Assembly (NCBI RefSeq): GCF_000341395.1
Contig: NC_020304.1
Span: 3,390,001-3,422,000, forward strand
Origin: Desulfocapsa sulfexigens DSM 10523
GTDB taxonomy: Bacteria; Desulfobacterota; Desulfobulbia; Desulfobulbales; Desulfocapsaceae
Direction: 5' to 3'
DNA length: 32,000 nt
The position numbers were made by a program, and so were the translations under genes. The notes beneath the pieces are model-generated. The model searched no databases. It was given only the letters and a program-made list of their open reading frames with translations, and was not told the origin of the DNA. Positions 16,572 through 22,251 of the stretch are shown here, piece after piece. How positions within the stretch are numbered: the stretch's first letter is position 1; each line of letters begins with the position of its first letter.

Positions 16572-17069
16572 ATGACTCACGACAACGATACACTTTCAAA
16601 TTCTGAAGAGGAAACTCGAGATTTCCTGCTCAGCCTCTCTCTCTTCGATAGCTTTAATGTTGACGAACTTTCTTTGCTCGCTCAACACATGAGTTATATC
16701 CATCTTCAGCGCGGCGAGTTTCTTTTTGTTGAGGGTGACAAAGGCGACTTTTTAGGATTTGTAGTACAGGGTGTACTTGAGGTGCTGAAAAAATCAGCAA
16801 CCGGGGAAAATGTTATCATTGCCCGCCTTGCCAAAGGGAGTTCCATCGGGGAGATGGCACTCATCGACAAGTCACCACGATCCGCAACCGTGGTATCAAG
16901 ACAACCCACCACCATGATAACACTTACCAGCAAGGGCTTTGATCGTCTCACTGAAAAATCTCCCATGACAGGCGTTAAAATAATCCAGAAAGTGGCGAGA
17001 CTCCTCAGTCTCAACATGCGCAGAACATCAAGTAAACTCGCAGACTTATTGAATGTATATCCGGTATAA
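16572..17069 (+). CDS. Stand-alone cyclic-nucleotide-binding (cNMP/CAP-effector) domain protein with no DNA-binding domain
   Basis: The beta-roll pattern is GEFLFVEGDKGDFLGFVVQGVLEV. An intact phosphate-binding cassette reads GSSIGEMALIDKSPRSATVVS. At 165 aa there is no room for an HTH. Confidence 0.8.
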   Translation: MTHDNDTLSNSEEETRDFLLSLSLFDSFNVDELSLLAQHMSYIHLQRGEFLFVEGDKGDFLGFVVQGVLEVLKKSATGENVIIARLAKGSSIGEMALIDKSPRSATVVSRQPTTMITLTSKGFDRLTEKSPMTGVKIIQKVARLLSLNMRRTSSKLADLLNVYPV

Positions 17070-17124
17070 GTCCCTATCTTACAAAGAATAACTATATACA
17101 ACTGAAACATTCACCCCCTATATT

Positions 17125-18618
17125 ATGTCAGCAACGCCCACAATACTTTTTTCAGACCCAACCCCAGAAAAGCAGCTCTTTTGCCTGCAGCTTTTTTCTG
17201 AGTCTGCACCTGACAATGTCCATATATGTTCAAGCCCTGATGCACTTATAGAGACACTCAGTAAGGTCAAAGTTGATATTCTTTTTCTCAATCTCACATT
17301 ATTTCCCGATGAAGAGTGTATTTCACATCTGGATGCTATTCAAAATGATTTCCCTGAACTTCTCATTATTGCTGCAATCCCAGAGGATCAGACAGCACTC
17401 GAACAGGAAATTCTCAGTCGCAACACCTTCTTTTACATCACGATTCCCTATAAGGAGTCAGAAGTTCAACTTGCCCTTAAACGTGCTTTAACCAAACTTG
17501 CTATCCAGCCTACAGATACATCTGTGAACTCCCGGAAACGCCTTCCCCCATTCCACGGAATAATTGGCGAAACCGAAGTAATGCAAAATCTGTTTTCTCT
17601 GATCAAAAAGATCTCAGAGGACGCACTGGCCACGGTTCTTATCAGAGGAGAATCGGGTACCGGTAAGGAGATGGTTGCAAAAGCAATCCACAGACACTCT
17701 TCACGTAAAAATAAGAACTTTGTCCCTGTAAATTGTGCTGCAATACCTGATGATCTGCTGGAAAGTGAACTCTTTGGTTACACGAAGGGGGCTTTCACCG
17801 GAGCCACCCAGAACAAAATAGGGCGAATTGAATATGCCGATGGTGGTACCCTGTTTCTCGATGAAATTGGTGATATGAAACCCACCCTCCAGGCCAAACT
17901 TCTACGAGTTCTTCAGGAAAAGGAATTCGAACCCGTGGGCGGACTCAAAGCGACTCCCGTCGATACCCGTGTAGTTGCTGCAACCCATTGTGACCTTGAA
18001 CAGTTGGTCTCCGAGGGAACCTTCCGAGAAGACCTTTATTACAGACTTTCAGTCATTCCCTTAAAAATCCCCCCATTAAAAGACCGAAGAGAAGACATCC
18101 CCATCCTCCTTGATGCCTTCTTAGACTTGCATGCTACGAAGCGTGGCAGGGACAAATTCATCATCCCGATGAATGTTATGATCGCTCTGCTCTCGTATGA
18201 GTGGAAGGGCAATGTCCGTGAGCTTGAAAATCTTGTGCAACAAATGTCTATTTTATATTCAGGCAAAGAAATTCAGCTTGAAGACCTTCCGGAAAGGTTA
18301 CTTGCCGATTTCGATCCGGAAGCTGTTGATTATGAGCTAATGAACACCATTATTTCCGGAGTCTCACTTTCTGATAAGGAGCCGGAAAAAATATCACAAT
18401 CGACAGTAATCTCTTTACCTGGAAGGCTTGAATGGCAGGAAGGGCAAGTGGATTTCAACGAACTTATTAATGATTATGAATCACAGCTCATAATAAAAGC
18501 GATGAAAATAACTGGTGGTAACAAAAAAGAAGCAGCTAAACTGCTAAATTTAAAACGAACTACATTACTTGAGAAAATTAAGAAAAAAAATCTCCAGGGA
18601 ATGTGGGAAGAAAACTAA
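17125..18618 (+). CDS. Sigma-54-dependent transcriptional activator (bEBP), FleQ/FlrA-like, with a degenerate non-phosphorylatable receiver
   Basis: AAA+ motifs are GESGTGKE, ELFGYTKGAFTGA (GAFTGA loop), TLFLDEIGDM and VRELEN. The Fis-type HTH is GGNKKEAAKLLNLKRTTLLEKIKK. The receiver-like N-terminus has Asn56 (AAT at 17290-17292) where the acceptor Asp should be, and the conserved Thr and Lys are also replaced. Confidence 0.9.
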   Translation: MSATPTILFSDPTPEKQLFCLQLFSESAPDNVHICSSPDALIETLSKVKVDILFLNLTLFPDEECISHLDAIQNDFPELLIIAAIPEDQTALEQEILSRNTFFYITIPYKESEVQLALKRALTKLAIQPTDTSVNSRKRLPPFHGIIGETEVMQNLFSLIKKISEDALATVLIRGESGTGKEMVAKAIHRHSSRKNKNFVPVNCAAIPDDLLESELFGYTKGAFTGATQNKIGRIEYADGGTLFLDEIGDMKPTLQAKLLRVLQEKEFEPVGGLKATPVDTRVVAATHCDLEQLVSEGTFREDLYYRLSVIPLKIPPLKDRREDIPILLDAFLDLHATKRGRDKFIIPMNVMIALLSYEWKGNVRELENLVQQMSILYSGKEIQLEDLPERLLADFDPEAVDYELMNTIISGVSLSDKEPEKISQSTVISLPGRLEWQEGQVDFNELINDYESQLIIKAMKITGGNKKEAAKLLNLKRTTLLEKIKKKNLQGMWEEN

Positions 18619-18619
18619 A

Positions 18620-20476
18620 TCAAGCCGCTATTTGCGCAGAAACAGAATCAATTTTATCTTCAATCTCAGCATCACTGGCCGGGGTCAGTAGAATATCATC
18701 TACTCCATATTTTACTGCCTTAATTACCTTTGTTTTTGTCCACCCCGGGCCCACGGCTATAAGTGGCAATGAACTGGCAGAACTGATCTTAATTGCTGCC
18801 CCAAGCCCTTTTTCGTCGACTTCAGCCATTACCAGAAAAACCGCTTTCACTTCTCCTGGCAGATAATCACTGGCACTTTCCTTATAATCAAGAACCTTGA
18901 AAGCCACACCACGACCATTCAAAACAGCGGATATTTTTGAACACTCACCACTGTCATTACTGACAATAAGGAATTCTGGATGAAGTGAAGCGCTGGCACT
19001 CTCTTGCGCTCCGACACCGCTAGCGCCTACGGTTGAATCAGCCTTACCAGTTACAGCATTTTTTGAAGCAACATCGGAAGCCTCATCTACAATTTCTGTC
19101 TGTCCTAATCCTTCGAGTTTAAACAGTGTTAAGGGTACAAGCATCTGCATACTGCCAAGCGTTTTTTTCCCGATACTCATTTTACTTGTTGCCATATAAT
19201 AAAGCACATCAGGCATCGGTTCATCAGACTCAGTATCAACCTTCATTGGAACAACCTTTTCAAGGCCAGTCTTTATAAAGCGTATCTTATCCGGATACTG
19301 TTCCTCAAAAACTTTTGTATATACACCTGAAATTATATTGGCTATCTCACCGTAGGCATCTTCTGAGTCATCATTGAATTCTTCTTCAGCTACAATAGAA
19401 TCAAGTTCAGTTGGTGGTAACATAATCAGGGTGCCACCAATAAAAATGGCATCCTTTAATCCAACATAGAGATACCCCTTCCCTTCAAGTGCACCAACCA
19501 CATCCATATGGGCCAGTATCTGTTTACCAGATGCCACATCGAAGAAGAAATCCTCCTTATTTATAATACGTGTGGTATGTTCGGTAAATTGAACATCAGC
19601 TCCAAGGAGTGCGCCAACCTCATCTCCCATACGCACATTGCACTCTTTCAGACAGGAGTCAACACGCTTCTTCTGTTTTTTGGTATCAAAAGGTTTTGCA
19701 TTAGGGGTGTTTACTGTTGCCGTAGTCTCATTACCAGCCTGACCATCTTCTGACGATCCCTCGACCGGCGGAATGTTTCCGTTACCAACAGTATCAGTAC
19801 TTGCATCAGTATGAGGAGCTTCCTTGCTGGATGTGTCGGTAACTTCCGCTCCGACGGTGGAAGTGCTTTCAACTGCCTGTTCTTGAGCAGGAGCCTCTTC
19901 ATCAAGCCCTAATGGTTTAGCTGGAATGAGCAGAACAAGTTTTCCCATCTCCACACCATTCAACTTCATCCAGGCACTAACCTGGTAGTAATTCTGATTT
20001 GGTATCGGTCTGTCAGACTCCACCTCAACCTGCATGGGAATTATAACTTCCTGGGCCTTACGGATAAAACGAAATTTTTTGGGATACATCTCTTCAAAGG
20101 TCTTCGTATAGGCCCCGGCTATGATATTTGCTATTTCACCATAGGAATCATCGATTTCTTCACTGTAGTCTTCTGAAGATGAAGCTTCCTCCAACTCAAC
20201 GTCAGGAAGCATAATGAGGGTTCCACCAAGACGGATTGCATCCTTGACCGAAACCAGGATCGCACCATCACCCTCAAGTTCACCGCTTAGTTGTAATTCA
20301 GAAAAGACGAGTTTCCCGGAAGGTTCATCAAAGAAATCTTCTTTAGAAATCAATTGGGTCGTAAGGTCGGCCATGACCAGGGTCGCACCCATAAGGCCAC
20401 CGACTTCATCACCAACACGCTCTTGAACAAGTTCAAGAATTTTATCAATTTTCTTTTTGGCTTTACTGGAGGACAT
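18620..20476 (-). CDS. Two tandem CheC-like (CheC/CheX/FliY-family) modules plus a C-terminal pseudo-receiver domain
   Basis: An internal duplication covers aa 8-191 and aa 266-455, about 45% identical by eye. Each copy carries D-x3-E-x2-N (DSYGEIANIIAG and DAYGEIANIISG) after a degenerate first motif (GDEVGG and GDEVGA). The linker at aa 192-265 is acidic and Thr/Ser-rich. Residues 499-618 are REC-like (FLIVSND..., PLIAVGPG, GVDDILLTP) but lack the acceptor Asp, Thr and Lys. Confidence 0.6.
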   Translation of the reverse strand: MSSSKAKKKIDKILELVQERVGDEVGGLMGATLVMADLTTQLISKEDFFDEPSGKLVFSELQLSGELEGDGAILVSVKDAIRLGGTLIMLPDVELEEASSSEDYSEEIDDSYGEIANIIAGAYTKTFEEMYPKKFRFIRKAQEVIIPMQVEVESDRPIPNQNYYQVSAWMKLNGVEMGKLVLLIPAKPLGLDEEAPAQEQAVESTSTVGAEVTDTSSKEAPHTDASTDTVGNGNIPPVEGSSEDGQAGNETTATVNTPNAKPFDTKKQKKRVDSCLKECNVRMGDEVGALLGADVQFTEHTTRIINKEDFFFDVASGKQILAHMDVVGALEGKGYLYVGLKDAIFIGGTLIMLPPTELDSIVAEEEFNDDSEDAYGEIANIISGVYTKVFEEQYPDKIRFIKTGLEKVVPMKVDTESDEPMPDVLYYMATSKMSIGKKTLGSMQMLVPLTLFKLEGLGQTEIVDEASDVASKNAVTGKADSTVGASGVGAQESASASLHPEFLIVSNDSGECSKISAVLNGRGVAFKVLDYKESASDYLPGEVKAVFLVMAEVDEKGLGAAIKISSASSLPLIAVGPGWTKTKVIKAVKYGVDDILLTPASDAEIEDKIDSVSAQIAA

Positions 20477-20525
20477 GTATTTAGAAGAATGAAAGAATTA
20501 TAAGAAAATCTTTACCTTTATTTCA

Positions 20526-20552
20526 GTATCGACCTGATCTGATAATTTCTTA
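20526..20552 (-). promoter_or_regulatory. Candidate sigma-28 (FliA) type promoter upstream of the 618-aa gene
   Basis: The minus strand reads TAAG-15 nt-GTCGATAC against the consensus TAAA-N15-GCCGATAA. The -10 element ends 50 nt upstream of the ATG at 20476. Confidence 0.35.
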
Positions 20553-20623
20553 ACAGCTTTGAGAGCAAAAATAAATTTAACACAAATGATACAATAAAAA
20601 AACTGAACAAAGTACAGAGACGT

Positions 20624-21088
20624 TCAATCAATATATTTTAATTCCACCATAAACAATCCACCATTCATGGCAAAATGAACAACAACTCTTGTGGCGCCAG
20701 ACATTCCACTGGTACTAAAGGATTCACCAATAACCGTTGTGGGAATGGCAATTTGAATATCCTTGCCATCTTCCGCAAAGGAATTTTTCATATTCCCAGC
20801 AACCATATTGGCAATTTCACCAATGGCATCTTTCACGTCCTCATCTATTTCAAGAACTTCCATTCCTAAAAATGTTCCGGTTATATCCCTTGCCACCGAC
20901 GAGGGACAGTGCACAGCCAGCATCCCACGAATATCTTTGCCAAGACCTACCATACTGGTGATATTCGCAGGAATATCTCCACCTCTGCCTTCGATTATTT
21001 TTACGACTTCAAGCTCAACCATGAGCATGGCTGAGAAAACTTCACGAGTTCCATCAATTATTGCCTGCCCAACATCCATCACACTCAA
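20624..21088 (-). CDS. cheX: CheX-type CheY-P phosphatase, paralog 2
   Basis: The size is about 150 aa. A single active-site motif DAIGEIANMVAGN has a Pro 22 residues after the Asn. The N-terminus IIDGTREVFSAML is typical of CheX. The tracked start at 21088 is TTG. The ATG at 21079 (MDVGQ...) is more likely, with AAGGGA 10 nt upstream. Confidence 0.75.
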   Translation of the reverse strand: MSVMDVGQAIIDGTREVFSAMLMVELEVVKIIEGRGGDIPANITSMVGLGKDIRGMLAVHCPSSVARDITGTFLGMEVLEIDEDVKDAIGEIANMVAGNMKNSFAEDGKDIQIAIPTTVIGESFSTSGMSGATRVVVHFAMNGGLFMVELKYID

Positions 21089-21110
21089 ATCCCTTAATAT
21101 ACGATCCCTA

Positions 21111-21150
21111 TAATAAAAAAAAGAACAGGTGCAGTAACAGCCACCTGTTC
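21111..21150 (-). terminator. Rho-independent terminator between the two cheX paralogs
   Basis: The minus strand reads GAACAGGTG-gctgttactg-CACCTGTTC followed by TTTTTTTTATTA. It begins 38 nt after the cheX-1 stop and ends about 23-32 nt before the cheX-2 start. Confidence 0.8.
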
Positions 21151-21187
21151 CAATCGCAAGTCCATTTAAATATAAAAAAAACTCTTG

Positions 21188-21640
21188 CTACTTCTCAAGA
21201 TCCATTTCAACCAGAAAACAGCCTTTACCGGTATCAAATTCAATAATAATTTTTTCTACCTCTTTATCAGAACTGAAACTGTATTCACGTCCACAAATGG
21301 TTGAAGGGAGAGACAAGTCAATATCTCGACCATTTTCTGACAAAATGGTTTTCACATTGCCACCGAGCATATTGGCAACCTCACCAATAGCATCATGAAC
21401 ATCATCGTTGATTTCTTCAACATCCATCATGAGAAAACTGCTGGTTATTGCCAATGCAACACTGTAAGGAACATGCACCGCAAGAACCCCCTTATGGGTA
21501 CCAGCAAGTCCTATCATTCCGGTTATGGTATCCTGAAGAACACCATGAGTGGTCATCACTTCTTTAACGCTCAAGTCCATCATGACCATGGATGAAAAAA
21601 TCTCCTTGGTCGATTGAATCATCTTGTCCTGAATCTCCAC
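21188..21640 (-). CDS. cheX: CheX-type CheY-P phosphatase, paralog 1
   Basis: The motif is DAIGEVANMLGGN with a Pro 22 residues after the Asn. It is about 40% identical to paralog 2 by eye. I chose the GTG start at 21640 because AAGGAGG lies 5 nt upstream; the tracked start at 21661 is TTG inside the cheY-cheX spacer. Confidence 0.75.
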   Translation of the reverse strand: MEIQDKMIQSTKEIFSSMVMMDLSVKEVMTTHGVLQDTITGMIGLAGTHKGVLAVHVPYSVALAITSSFLMMDVEEINDDVHDAIGEVANMLGGNVKTILSENGRDIDLSLPSTICGREYSFSSDKEVEKIIIEFDTGKGCFLVEMDLEK

Positions 21641-21664
21641 GCTAACCTCCTTGTAAAGCAACAG

Positions 21665-22036
21665 TTATAGAAGTGGTCCAAGAACCTCATTAACCTTATC
21701 AGGAGTAAATGGTTTCTTTATCGCCCCAACAGCTCCAAGGGATTTGGCCTCACCAATAATATCATCGCCTGTCTCGGTGGAAATCATCAAGACTGGAATA
21801 TCTTTCATATTGTCACGGCTGGATTTTTCACGAAGAAAACTAATTCCATCCATATTGGGCATATTGATATCACTCAGTACTATATCAACATTTTCTTTTT
21901 CCAGTACTTCAAGAGCTTCAAGTCCATCGGCCGCTTCAAATATATTATCAAAATCGATCCCTGCCTGTCGCAAGGACCTACCTATAATAATCCTCATAGT
22001 TTTGGAGTCATCCACTAACAAAACATTCTTACCCAT
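21665..22036 (-). CDS. cheY: CheY-like single-domain response regulator with canonical phosphorylation residues
   Basis: Motifs are VLLVDDSKTMR, VDIVLSDINMPNMDG, PVLMISTE and AIKKPF. AGGAGG lies 5 nt upstream of the ATG. Confidence 0.9.
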   Translation of the reverse strand: MGKNVLLVDDSKTMRIIIGRSLRQAGIDFDNIFEAADGLEALEVLEKENVDIVLSDINMPNMDGISFLREKSSRDNMKDIPVLMISTETGDDIIGEAKSLGAVGAIKKPFTPDKVNEVLGPLL

Positions 22037-22200
22037 TATTTCCTCCTGCTGAAAAACCTGATTTATGAATTTGACTATTCATTTCTTGAACAATCAGACA
22101 TCTTTTTCCAAGTAACGTATAACAGTAAAATATTACCAGCTTTTTAGAACAAAAATCAAATATCTTTTCAAAATAATTCTTTCATCCTAAAACAATTGAA

Positions 22201-22216
22201 TGGACTGGTTTTTGCA
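22201..22216 (+). promoter_or_regulatory. Sigma-54 (-24/-12) promoter for the TPR-flgB operon
   Basis: TGGACTGGTTTTTGCA has GG at 22202-22203 and GC at 22214-22215, the canonical spacing of TGGCAC-N5-TTGCA. It lies about 36 nt upstream of the ATG at 22252. A sigma-54 activator is encoded 3.6 kb away. Confidence 0.6.
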
Positions 22217-22251
22217 AGTTGTATGTCAAATATAACTCAACCTGAACTGTA

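Noticed and set aside
20763-21113. A 116-aa plus-strand ORF over cheX-2, and a 102-aa plus ORF over cheY (21744-22052)
   Set aside because: They are antisense to genes with clear CheX and CheY motifs, and their Ser/Ile-rich composition is typical of a reverse frame.
22205-22235. A minus-strand sigma-54 promoter for cheY that would use the TTGCAA palindrome at 22212-22217
   Set aside because: The minus strand gives TGACATACAACTTGCA, with only one G at the -24 GG position. That is too weak to call, and no convincing promoter for cheY was identified.
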